DNA from: Stylophora pistillata
Lineage: Eukaryota
Assembly (NCBI RefSeq): GCF_002571385.2
Contig: NW_019217852.1
Span: forward strand, 698,960-762,959
Direction of reading: 5' to 3'
DNA: 64,000 nt
The notes beneath the pieces are model-generated. The model did no database searches. It saw only the letters and a list, made by a program, of their open reading frames with translations, and was not told the DNA's origin. Made by a program: the position numbers and the translations under genes. Positions 1-11,400 of the stretch are shown in pieces; position 1 is the first letter of the stretch, and every line of letters begins with the position of its first letter.

Positions 1-60
1 AGGAAGAAAGACTCACTTAAGAAAAAACATTAAGGGACTTACTTTGATTTCTTTTAGTTT

Positions 61-303
61 CTATGTTTTTCTTTTTTTTTTTCCTGGGGTAGGGGTTTCT
101 TTGCGAGATGGAGAGAGGTCGGAGGATTTTCGTTTCAGGTCGTGTGTAGTTTCCATGTCGTTTTCATGGGTGTCTAAAGAAGAGATGGGTGTTGAGGTTG
201 GAACAGGTATGAGAGGGAGGTTTTCCGGTGACAAGAGTTGGAGTAGTTGGTTTTCTGGAACAGGCGAGAGATGGTTCGGCGAGACGGGCAGCTGTTTCTT
301 CAA
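61..303 (-). mobile_element. Possible C-terminal fragment of an L1/Tx1-type ORF1
   Basis: Pro/Ser-rich low-complexity ORF ending in basic TPTPGKKKRKT*. It is followed by AAGTCCCTT, a motif also found beside the Tx1 RT fragment (~6135-6143). No diagnostic domain is visible. Confidence 0.3.
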
Positions 304-578
304 AAGCGTGTGTTCCCTTTACTGCGAAGGATCGTGCACATATACGTTTCATAACCGAAGTTCATATATATGTATTTCATATATATTTGATGTTTGTTTA
401 CTTTGCATGGTTTGAGCGAGAGGTTCTTTGCTGTAAATTACGTAATCTTATTGGAAACTAGCATAAACTAGGCTTAGTTGGGAGAGTTGATGATAGCTTC
501 TGAACATATGGTTAATGAAGGGAAGCTACGCGGGACATATACGTATACTTTAAGCTAAATAATTTTTGACAGACTTAC

Positions 579-830
579 TCTCGACAATAAGATTGATATC
601 TTTCTTCTTAGACAGACCGTTGCCGTCCACTTCATAGCTGTAGTTGGTATTTATTTCTTCTTCAGTGATGTTGAGTCGATATCTTACACAAGTGCTGTTT
701 TGCACAACAGCGTCATTTTTTCTCCATACAATACGTAGAGCCGGTCCACCTTCTGCTGGGCACCACAGCGATGAAGAATGGTTGACCAAGACGAACTGAA
801 TTTGTGCTGCGTCATTTAGGTTTGCAAGAA
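579..830 (-). CDS. Isolated immunoglobulin-like domain exon; the rest of the gene is not resolved in this window
   Basis: 252-bp symmetric phase-1 exon (AG at 831-832, GTAAGT at 578-573) encoding SSSLWCPAEGGPALRIVWRKND...NYSYEV, with the B-strand Cys and C-strand Trp of an Ig fold. Confidence 0.65.
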
Positions 831-1625
831 CTAGCGACATCAAAAAAGCCATGAGGAAAAAGGGTTTTTTTAATCTTCCCACGAGCTTTGGACGAATAAA
901 AATCTCTGAGTTCCCAGGAGGAATCGAATCTCAGACATTCGGATTAAATAAAGTTTCGGCTATTACTTATTTCAGAAAAATTACATGGAGAACGCATAGT
1001 GCTTCAATTTTGTTCAAAAATAACTTATCGATGCGATAGTATTAACAATTCTCTTTGCCATGTTGATGAACAATAGGAACAATTGCCTTACTCAAAACAA
1101 GCGCTAGAATCCACATTCTCTTGATAGACATCTTCCCTAACAAAATGAAAAAAATTGATGTAAATTACATGCATGTATCCTGAACCCTTCACAGACCCAG
1201 TTTGAAAACATCGATGAAAGTGTGCTTAAAAATCAAAACAATTTTTTTCCTTTAAAATGGAGCAACTCGTAAAGTAGACGACATATGTATATTTCGTATC
1301 TCTCTTTCTTTTTGTTTTCTTTGCTTTTTATTTCGCTAATTTTATCTACACATTTTTCACGCAGTCACTAATACGACCGTCACAGATGTTACAAGCCGGC
1401 AAGGATTATTCGTAAGTTATAAACGTAAAGGCCAATTTCATTTTTAAGAAATTTTGAATAATTTAAATTCTCTGAGCTATTGGTACTCGAAATTGTTGCT
1501 TCTACCGTTATTCTTGTACGTATATGCGCCTCATCAAATACTCTGATGTTGTCAATTTTTTGGATTGTTTCTGCTCAAATAAATGTTAAATGCACCACAG
1601 TTTTAGTTTGAATATATCAACAAAG

Positions 1626-1991
1626 TTGAAATGGTAAATTGGTCACCGTTACGATTATAAAAGCTGACGTTTCGAGCGTTAGTCCTTCGTCAGAGCGAAT
1701 AGAGGAATTGTGGGTTGTGTGTGCTTTTAAAGGCAGAAAAAGGAGCTACGTGATTGGTGGGAATATGGCAACGAGAAAAACACGAATGAAAAGCGTTCGT
1801 TGATACCTATTGGATTTAGACTGCCGGTTTGAAAGATGAGCTTTTGTTCAAGAGTTTTCCGGCTTTCCGTGCTACCAAAGTGTAAGGAAAGACCGCAGAT
1901 TGCCATGTGTCGCTTAGAATGATTAGGTAAATTAAAATGTCTAGCGACTGGTTTCGATATGTCCTTGTCATTCCTCTCCACGTCGCGAAGG
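1626..1991 (-). mobile_element. Penelope-like element 3' fragment (GIY-YIG endonuclease C-terminus plus terminal repeat)
   Basis: Translation RDVERNDKDISKPVARHFNLPNHSKRHMAICGLSLH...RKTLEQKLIFQTGSLNPIGINERF matches the PLE GIY-YIG tail pattern (PVAxHF...ExxxI...TLxPxGxN). A hammerhead motif lies downstream. Confidence 0.85.
1663..1696 (-). ncRNA. Minimal type I hammerhead ribozyme motif of the Penelope element
   Basis: Minus strand reads GCT-CTGACGA-AGGACTAACGCTC-GAAA-CGTC-AGC: CUGANGA and GAAA core, 3-bp stem I (GCT/AGC) and GUC cleavage triplet. Stem II has one mismatch. Confidence 0.7.
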
Positions 1992-4900
1992 TAAAACTTT
2001 TAGGCCTGATAAAAATATGGGAAGAACCGATGTCAAACGTATTAAGTTCACTCGAACCTATCAAAACTTGTAGTATTTACACACGATTTTTAAAATGTTA
2101 ACATTATTGTCTGGTTCTCTCTGTACGAATAACTTTACTAACTCGTCTTGGTGACACCTGATACATACGTTAAATAAACTAACAGAGCACGTATAACAAC
2201 AGGGTGGCTTACCTGAAGGGGAAATATCTCACGAGTTAATCCAAGCACGTGCTGTTCCAGTGGCTTTTAATACCACGCGGAAAATTTACATTCAGATACC
2301 TCAGAACGCATGATAATTCTGACAGATGTCACAAGCTGTCACTTTCATGTTATAAACAAGAAGCTTCCAGTTGAAGTTGGAAACATAAGTGTGAAAAGAA
2401 GTTGTTTTCGAAAATTGTGCTCTTTTCTAGGAATTAACATTTAGGGTCATTGACATGCGAAAATTGATGTAGCCAAATGCCTGTTTTAGGATCCCATAAA
2501 ATATTTTAACATCAAGATGGTGATTATCAGTTGCTATATGTGTAAATCTTTATTGTCTGCTTTCGGCTCTTTGTACTTTTTGCTTATTTTTTCTTAACTT
2601 AAATTGAATAGAAACTGGAATTAAAACATGAATACGGAGAATTTTTTTAAATCAAGTTGAACAGGAGCCGAACAACTTCCTAAGATGATAAAGTCGGTAC
2701 TGCTCAGCTCTCGAAATGCAAAGCTGAATTTGATGTTCAAAGTGACGGAAGATAACTTCGAACCATTGTATTTTGAGATAGCCTTTAAGCATTGGTGGTT
2801 ATTGCGCCACAAGGAACAAATCTAGGACCAAAAATTGGGTCATTGTTGCAAGCGTGCTCTAAACTGCTCTAAACTAGGAGTCATTTTATTCCATTTTTGA
2901 TAGGGATGGAAATTGTATGTTGAGTTTTCAATGTGAGAATCCCGTTTTGCACTATACCAGGCGCCGTCTTCAAGGGACTTAAGTTAAAAAAAAAAAAAAA
3001 ANNNNNNNNNNNNNNNNNNNNNNNNNNNNNNNNNNNNNNNNNNNNNNNNNNNNNNNNNNNNNNNNNNNNNNNNNNNNNNNNNNNNNNNNNNNNNNNNNNN
3101 NNNNNNNNNNNNNNNNNNNNNNNNNNNNNNNNNNNNNNNNNNNNNNNNNNNNNNNNNNNNNNNNNNNNNNNNNNNNNNNNNNNNNNNNNNNNNNNNNNNN
3201 NNNNNNNNNNNNNNNNNNNNNNNNNNNNNNNNNNNNNNNNNNNNNNNNNNNNNNNNNNNNNNNNNNNNNNNNNNNNNNNNNNNNNNNNNNNNNNNNNNNN
3301 NNNNNNNNNNNNNNNNNNNNNNNNNNNNNNNNNNNNNNNNNNAAAAAACAAAAAAAAAAAAACAAACGAACAAAACGAAAAGGAAAGAGGCAGATGTTAG
3401 CATGCTTGTATGACTTGATCTGATAAAAAGAACAGAGATATCAGCATAATACCGCATGTCAAAAAATTACTGAAAGTAGTTTGATATAAATATTAATTCT
3501 TCAGCATGGCATCTTGACATCTACGCAAAATACGCCACTGTTGACATGTATCCCAATAATTTTGAGTCATGTTTATAGGAAGTATTGAGAAATTGCACAG
3601 TTGATGATCTAGAAAGACAAAACGGATTTTAAATTATGCCATTTTCTGAATTTTAAAATAAAGATGGCAAACAGGGGGTATCTAATCTATGATTTTGGCG
3701 GGCGCCTATCGCGGGTTGCGTGTAAATTGTTGCGTATATATTTTCGCAGGAAAATTGTGGCAGGTAAATCTTCGAACAATTGCCATACTTTTCATCTTAT
3801 TTCTATTGTATCCATCATTATATTTTTCATTTTTTGATAATTTTTTATCATCATTACTATTGTAGTTGTCAGTATTATTATAGTTATCATTATTACAATT
3901 ATTATCATGGTAATTTTTGGCATATAGGGTCCCAATTAAAACAACGGATGCAGGAGCCCATTATGGACTCCTGACGTATGTTTTACGGGAATCTTGTTTA
4001 AATATCGTTGTTATTATTATTTTCAGTGGTAAAACCAGGTGGAGCCAGGTATGGGGGGAATAATGCTCAAATCGCAAATTCGGTTCAAACTTGACATAAA
4101 TAAGAGGTATGATGAGTAAACAACTGTAGGAAGGTAACAGGTCATAATTGGCTGCTCTTGGAAAAAAGTGGGCCTTTAAATACCCCTTTTTCAATATTTG
4201 GAAAACTAAGAAAACTTGTCTTTACTCAAGCAAGAAATTAGGGAAGAAATGAAATTGATTATGCGAACAGAGTGGAGAAATGGATGTTCTGCCAACCTAT
4301 ATCTCTCATTCATTGAAGTGTCATTTTCACACTTTCTTTAAACTCATAATAACCTGCATTTGGGCCAAGTTTGAGCTAACCAGAGATTTGAGCATTGTCA
4401 GCAGTACCCGGTTTTCTCGTGGACACTCTCTTAATATTTCAAGTTCTAAATATTTGTAAAACTTTAATGATAATCTGATCATCTGAGTCAAACGATGTGA
4501 ACAGTTGGCATGACTGTATTGTCATCTACGATGCAATTTTGAACAATAAATGTTTTGGATAGGGAAAAAAATGGTCTCTAAAATTGCAATAGAACTTAAA
4601 AAATAAATCAAAAGGAAAGTACATATTCCACAATAGTGCCTACCAAAAGTCCTCATGGATGCAACTCATGTAATCGGAGAAATGATGGTGTGAAATTTTT
4701 GCAAATTAACATATGTTATATTTTTAAGTTTTAAAATGGGTTTATTCATAATAAACCACCTAAGTTACAAAATAAAAGTGCTAAAGCATGTGGGCTTGGC
4801 CCCAACTAATTATTAATAAACAGTCCAAAGTTCCAAAGCTCAAGAGTTCTTAAATATATACGAGTATCAAATATTACTAATATTAATGTAAGGTTATAAA

Positions 4901-6151
4901 TAATTCCAAAATAGTCAGGTCTAATATCAATATAAGCTTAATCTATAATATTGGTACGGCTAGGGCTAATATAGACTAATATTAATGTAACGCTAGGATT
5001 CTTTAATGCTAATTCTAAGTTGTAAATAATTCCAAGTTAATCTAACCTAATGTTAACTAGATTGCCATGTGTCGCTTAGAATGATTAGGTAAATTAAAAT
5101 GTCTAGCGACTGGTTTCGATATGTCCTTGTCATTCCTCTCCACGTCGCGAAGGTAAAACTTTTAGGCCTGATAAAAATATGGGAAGAACCGATGTCAAAC
5201 GTATTAAGTTCACTCGAACCTATCAAAACTTGTAGTATTTACACACGATTTTTAAAATGTTAACATTATTGTCTGGTTCTCTCTGTACGAATAACTTTAC
5301 TAACTCGTCTTGGTGACACCTGATACATACGTTAAATAAACTAACAGAGCACGTATAACAACAGGGTGGCTTACCTGAAGGGGAAATATCTCACGAGTTA
5401 ATCCAAGCACGTGCTGTTCCAGTGGCTTTTAATACCACGCGGAAAATTTACATTCAGATACCTCAGAACGCATGATAATTCTGACAGATGTCACAAGCTG
5501 TCACTTTCATGTTATAAACAAGAAGCTTCCAGTTGAAGTTGGAAACATAAGTGTGAAAAGAAGTTGTTTTCGAAAATTGTGCTCTTTTCTAGGAATTAAC
5601 ATTTAGGGTCATTGACATGCGAAAATTGATGTAGCCAAATGCCTGTTTTAGGATCCCATAAAATATTTTAACATCAAGATGGTGATTATCAGTTGCTATA
5701 TGTGTAAATCTTTATTGTCTGCTTTCGGCTCTTTGTACTTTTTGCTTATTTTTTCTTAACTTAAATTGAATAGAAACTGGAATTAAAACATGAATACGGA
5801 GAATTTTTTTAAATCAAGTTGAACAGGAGCCGAACAACTTCCTAAGATGATAAAGTCGGTACTGCTCAGCTCTCGAAATGCAAAGCTGAATTTGATGTTC
5901 AAAGTGACGGAAGATAACTTCGAACCATTGTATTTTGAGATAGCCTTTAAGCATTGGTGGTTATTGCGCCACAAGGAACAAATCTAGGACCAAAAATTGG
6001 GTCATTGTTGCAAGCGTGCTCTAAACTGCTCTAAACTAGGAGTCATTTTATTCCATTTTTGATAGGGATGGAAATTGTATGTTGAGTTTTCAATGTGAGA
6101 ATCCCGTTTTGCACTATACCAGGCGCCGTCTTCAAGGGACTTAAGTTAAAA
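1897..6151. repeat. Apparently identical 1.09-kb direct duplication (1897-2989 and 5059-6151), probably an assembly artefact
   Basis: Constant offset of 3162 bp, identical ORFs at 2621-2812 and 5783-5974, and both copies end at an A-run abutting an N gap. Confidence 0.85.
3002..3342. other. Assembly gap (N run)
   Basis: Run of Ns flanked by A-tracts; a further single N at 6152. Confidence 1.
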
Positions 6152-6152
6152 N

Positions 6153-6657
6153 ATTCGACAGCCCCAGACAAATGGCCAGATTAAAGCGTTAACCTTAGAA
6201 ATGACCCATTTCGGGACACACAAAATTGTAGAGAGATATAGGAGCTTGCTAATTCCGAGGGTGTTAACGATGAGCGATCGGCCGACAAGAGGAAGAGAGC
6301 GGGATTTCCATAAATTTAGATGTTTTTCTAATTTCTCTAGTTTTGGCTGCCAGTTGTCTAACCCAGTATCGCGGCCGAAAACAACACCTAGAATTTTAAG
6401 TTTTGTCATCCATTTGAGGACAAGTGGTTGGTCGTCGCGCGAACGCCACGCCCCCAACCACCTCCCCCCTGTTTTCGTGAGATTAAGGCGTGCCCCAGAG
6501 CCACGCTGGTAAATATTAATCATATTGAATAGAACTTGCAGAGAGCGATAAGATTTCACTATACAGGTCGTATCGTCAGCATAATTTCCAACTTTATGGC
6601 AGAGACCATGTGCGCTCGGAAGGAGAAAACCTTCGATCTCAGGATTATTTCGTATTT
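6153..6657 (-). mobile_element. L1/Tx1-clade non-LTR retrotransposon reverse transcriptase fragment, 5'-truncated
   Basis: KIRNNPEIEGF...YADDTT...SGARLNLTKT...LKILGV...WKSRSLPLVGRSLIVNTL: the RT YADD motif and the downstream thumb region typical of L1/Tx1. Confidence 0.92.
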
Positions 6658-6865
6658 TGGGCCTCATCAGTGCAGTGCTGATACTAGGATGGGGTAGAAC
6701 CGATATAGTTACCCCGAACGATCCCACATTTGTGGTATTGTCTAAGCCATGCCAGAGTGCTCAAACTAGGAAAGCTTAGTGAGCTATGCGCAATGCTGGC
6801 GGCAATGACTCACCCCACAGTGCTCAATTCGGACATGAAAGCAGAGGTTTGTATGCCAAAGAGTT
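6658..6865 (-). mobile_element. Retrozyme-like monomer with a truncated hammerhead ribozyme
   Basis: ~205-nt structured unit (hairpin GGGGTA...TACCCC at 6691-6715) ending in GCACTGCA-CTGATGA-GGCCCA, the 5' half of a hammerhead core, next to a (TA)n tract. The resemblance to coral non-LTR retrozyme repeats is from recall, not a search. Confidence 0.6.
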
Positions 6866-8498
6866 ATATCTATATATATATAATTTAGCAGTAACATAAT
6901 AATCTCACACCTCCCAGCAATTAAAAAAAATATGGCCAATTTTATTCGAATCTTGATTTGAATTTTCTTTTCTGCAGTATATGCTGACCAAATTGAAAAA
7001 TTGGAAGATTACAAATTACCGGGGTATGCTGTATTGTTCAAATTAAGTGGTCTCGTTTTCATTTGTTACCGTACTTTATTCTGACTTCTTTTTGGTATTG
7101 AGCTTGGCTTTGGAAGATAGCTGCACCGTGGAGAAATATCGATGATATTCTAGCGTACTTCAAGATGTTTAATACTCCTGGATTTTCAAGAATGAAACCT
7201 TACTGCATTTAAACCGTAATTGCAAAATTTAACTTGTCCCTCTCTTCTCGTCATCCAATGATGCATGACGCAGCGAGAAATTAATATCAATTAATAATTG
7301 ATAATAAATTAATAATATTATTATTGTTCTGCACTTCTGCTACACTGTAGAGTCTAAATGGAACCTAGCTTTAAGAAAAAGATCATTCACTTTGAAATGG
7401 ATATTAAAAAAAAGAAACGGCACTGTTCAAAATTTTTAGGAGACGGAACTTGCGGTGCTATTCAGTTTCGTCTTTTAAAAAGGCATTTATAGACCAAAAC
7501 ATTTCTTTCAGTTGATTGGTTCTGAGATATTCAGGTTTTCTTATTTTCTTGTTTTGGAGGCTCTCTGTCGTCAATAAACCCACAAATGATTCAACAAGAG
7601 AGGTATATCCTGCAGGGAATCTGAAATTGTATATCCTTTGAAATTGTTATGCCCCGTGGTCCCTGCTAAGACTGTTTTTGTTTGCTCGTCCGCTAAATTT
7701 CCTTTCAAAGGCTCCGTAAAAATAATTACAGTTACTGTAACGCCGGCTGTTTTCGTAGTGTTCGACTTTCCCTGAATTCCCAACCAGACGATTTCCACGG
7801 TGATACAGGCCTAGAACTTTAAAACAGCATCAACAATTTTTCATGCCGGTGTACGTCATATATGAAGCACTTTAGAAGTGACAAGCTAGATCGAAAAGGT
7901 ACGTCCACTTTTCAATGTTTGCCATAAATGTAACTTTATCTTGAAATTTCAGTCGTTGATAATTGCTGATTACGTTGTCAAACTGCTTAAAACAAATCTT
8001 ATTAGGCGTGACTAGTGTTTTTTATCCTTTTAAGAGAGATTTCGATTTCGAAAAGGGCAAGAGAATATAAACAATTATAATCTCTTGGGAAAGGGTTAAC
8101 CTTTTGAGGCATTTTAGGGAATATAAAAATGGCGTATAAACACCAGACTTAAAAGACATACTGTGCAACCTTTCGAAGAGTATCTATCTTAGAGTATTGA
8201 TCTTGGCAGTGAATATTAATCATCAAATTAAAAACAGCCTACTCTCTCAACGAAGAAAAGAGATATTCTTCAATTCAAAATCAAACCTGTGTTTTTTAAG
8301 GTGGAGGAGGAAAGGGGTAGATTAGAAAATATTTTTCGATATGATAAATGATTAATGATTATGTTCTAGTTACTTTTAAGAAACAGTATCTCAGTTTGTT
8401 TCATCAAGAAGAATTTGGCATTTATGCCAGCAAAGCGCTTTCTAGGTTCTTCAAAAATTAAGTAGTTAGGAACGATTAAACGTATTGATTTTGTTTAG

Positions 8499-11400
8499 AA
8501 TCCAGACGAACTCTTGAAGAAATAAACGCAGTGCACGTGAATGGACAAAATGACGATTTTGTTATCATGGAAAATTATTATTATGCAGGTCAGTAAACAG
8601 CGAGGGAAAATGTAAAGCCCTAAAGTTATTTTTCTTTCTTCCCCTCTTCAAAGTTCCGTGTCATCCAAACATTACTCTTTTCGCATATCTCTAAACACAA
8701 CAATGATTAAAATGTAATTATCAAAAGCCAGGTGGATCCTATTTACATATCATATGATAAAAATTAATGATTCGCTCTTATTTTTTTTTTAAATCTCAGC
8801 GGGGTTCCTTTTGCAAATTATTTTTTATAGGGAGCGATAAAGTTACTCTTTACTTAACACACAAAAAGGTGCATTAATTTTTTATCTATAGCAGACAATC
8901 GTCAGAAAATCGATAAAGTTTAAACATTTTGAGTGGGTGACTTTCGTTCTCATCCTTTCACTTAACCACACTGATCATCGTCAATTTGTAGCTTCGCTGC
9001 ATCTTGATATCCAAGCTATTTCTAAGAGCAGGATTCATGCAATGCCTTTTCTATTGCGCAAAGTAAACAAAAGAGTGGATATCCATTAATGTTAGTTTTT
9101 CTCAGCATCAGTCGGTTACGATACCACATTTCGTCTGAAAGTAAACACATCATGGGAATGCGAAGAAATGTTGTATTTAACAAAAGATTTGTTTTTTTTT
9201 GTTTTTTTGTTTTTTCGAAAATTGATTTTACTCCGCTTCTATTTCGACCTATAAAGAGAGGGTTTTTTTTATATTTATTGAAAGGTTGCAGGTTTGCTTA
9301 CAGCCACAAAGGCATGGTACTCTGGATCTGATCACAATTGGCCACTGAATGAAATAAGATACAACCAAGTGTATGATTACAGGCAATTTAACCACGGATG
9401 GTGGAACGGGTATATCAAAGGTAACGAATAACTAATTAATGCCCTCTAAATCATTGATACCTCTTCCAACTAAAGCGCGGAAAATGAGTTAGTCTTGAGA
9501 TTTTTAATTTCGAAAAGTATTCGACACGAAAAAGAGGTTCCAGTCATCTAGCTCTGATCATTGGAGGTGTCCTCATATTTCTTGTATACCGGCTTCATCG
9601 TCTTCTGATTACCACAGGTAATGCAGAGATTACGTGGTCTCCACCTCAAATCGGCCTAAATGTCTATGGTCAAGATACATGGATTGACTTTGGTGTTAGA
9701 TACAACTCTTGCTATGTGGACGTAAAATACTGCAACCAAACTGGTTTTAGCGTTACATTTTGGATAGCTTTCCAAGAGGCTTCAACTACACAGGGGTTAA
9801 TTGAGTTTGGAAATGGTGATTGCGGGCTCAGCATCACCCGAACAACTGAAAATGAGATTAATGCAACAATTAAAAGCATGGAATTGAATAGTACCTGGAG
9901 TTTGCATAGTGTAAATGCAAGTGTTCGTCATGGAATATGGCATCATCTGGCGCTAACCTGGAACGCTTCTGGTGAAGTCTATCTCTTTATCAATGGCACA
10001 AGGTACGTGGGGAGGGGTACGTGAGTCTCATTTTTTTTCTATTAAAATCACAGACAGCGTTAACTGTGTCCTTCTCTGATCTTACAAGAAAATGTGCCCC
10101 ATCCGATCATAAGCCTTCTCGAATGTAAGTGCAAAAAATATTAAAAATATTCCTAAAGGAAGGAGAGCTAGTGATGGTATTCATTTAAAGGCACAGCAAC
10201 TGATATTCAAACTCCTAAGTAACGTGCGCGCACGGATTAATGTCGATCGCGTAATTTTATCCGACAACATAGGCTTTGCTAAAAAATACTATTTTCAAAT
10301 GCTATTTGGCTACAGTAGTCGACTCGCCACTGAAGTGCTGTGCTGGAAGTTATTTCCTTTTTTTCAATGTATGAAAAAAAAAAAAAAAACCTAGCTTTAC
10401 CTAGCTCTCTGTCTTTTTTTTGATAGATTGAACAATGTTATCCAGCGCACAACTCCCAACGTCTCCTGTTCTGACACAAATTGCAAGTGTGATTGGTCAA
10501 TGAAAGTCGGCACCGTGACTTTCTGCAACTCATCTGCCCGAACGTATCCATCCTTGTTGCTTGCCAGGCTGGTTTTATGGAATTACTCGATCAATGATGA
10601 AACAGTTCTTGGTTTATCGCAAGATGTACAAGGTAAGAAATCTTGACTTATCGGAAACAAAACGTTTGAGAATTCGGCTCTTTGACATAACTGGTATTTA
10701 ACTCCAAAGTATTTGTTGCAAGATATATACAACAGATCGTAGAGGCGCGGTGACCTCATGGTTGGTGCGCTTGACTCCGGATCGAGTGGTCGGGGTTCGA
10801 GCCCCGGCCGGGACATTGTCTTATGTGCTTAGGCAAGACACTTTACTATCACAGTGCCTCTCTTCATCCAGATGTTTAAATGGGTACTGGCAATTTAATG
10901 CTGGGGGTAACCCTACGATGGACTGGCATCAATCAATCAATTAATCAATCAATCAATACTTTATTTACCCACGTAGCGTCAAGGAGCTCATAGAGCTCGT
11001 TCAAAATACGCACGTGCCAAATACGTACAAATCCCATCCAGGGGGGGTGTAGAAATACTCCTGGTCGCTTCATGGTACAGAAACCGGAGTTAAGCACCGG
11101 CCTAATGGGCCACTAGGCTCGTATATAGACTTTACCTTATATACAACAGATCAATGCCAAATTGGGTCAAAGCTTTTTCAATAAATAAGACGTTATGCCA
11201 CGTAAGAATAGAAAATAAATCACAAGCAAATCCAATAAGTATGTAAATGATCAATGTGATATCATTTTGGTATCTCAGATACAATGAATATATGAAGTTC
11301 ACATAGTTTGAACTGCGGTATTAGATACGCATAATGCACGATCCTCGCAGTACAGGCCTGATTTTTTTCAGGTCTGATTTTCGCTATTGCATAAATAGCG

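Noticed and set aside
2881-3457. Four long ORFs in the ORF track
   Set aside because: They are artefacts of translation through the N gap.
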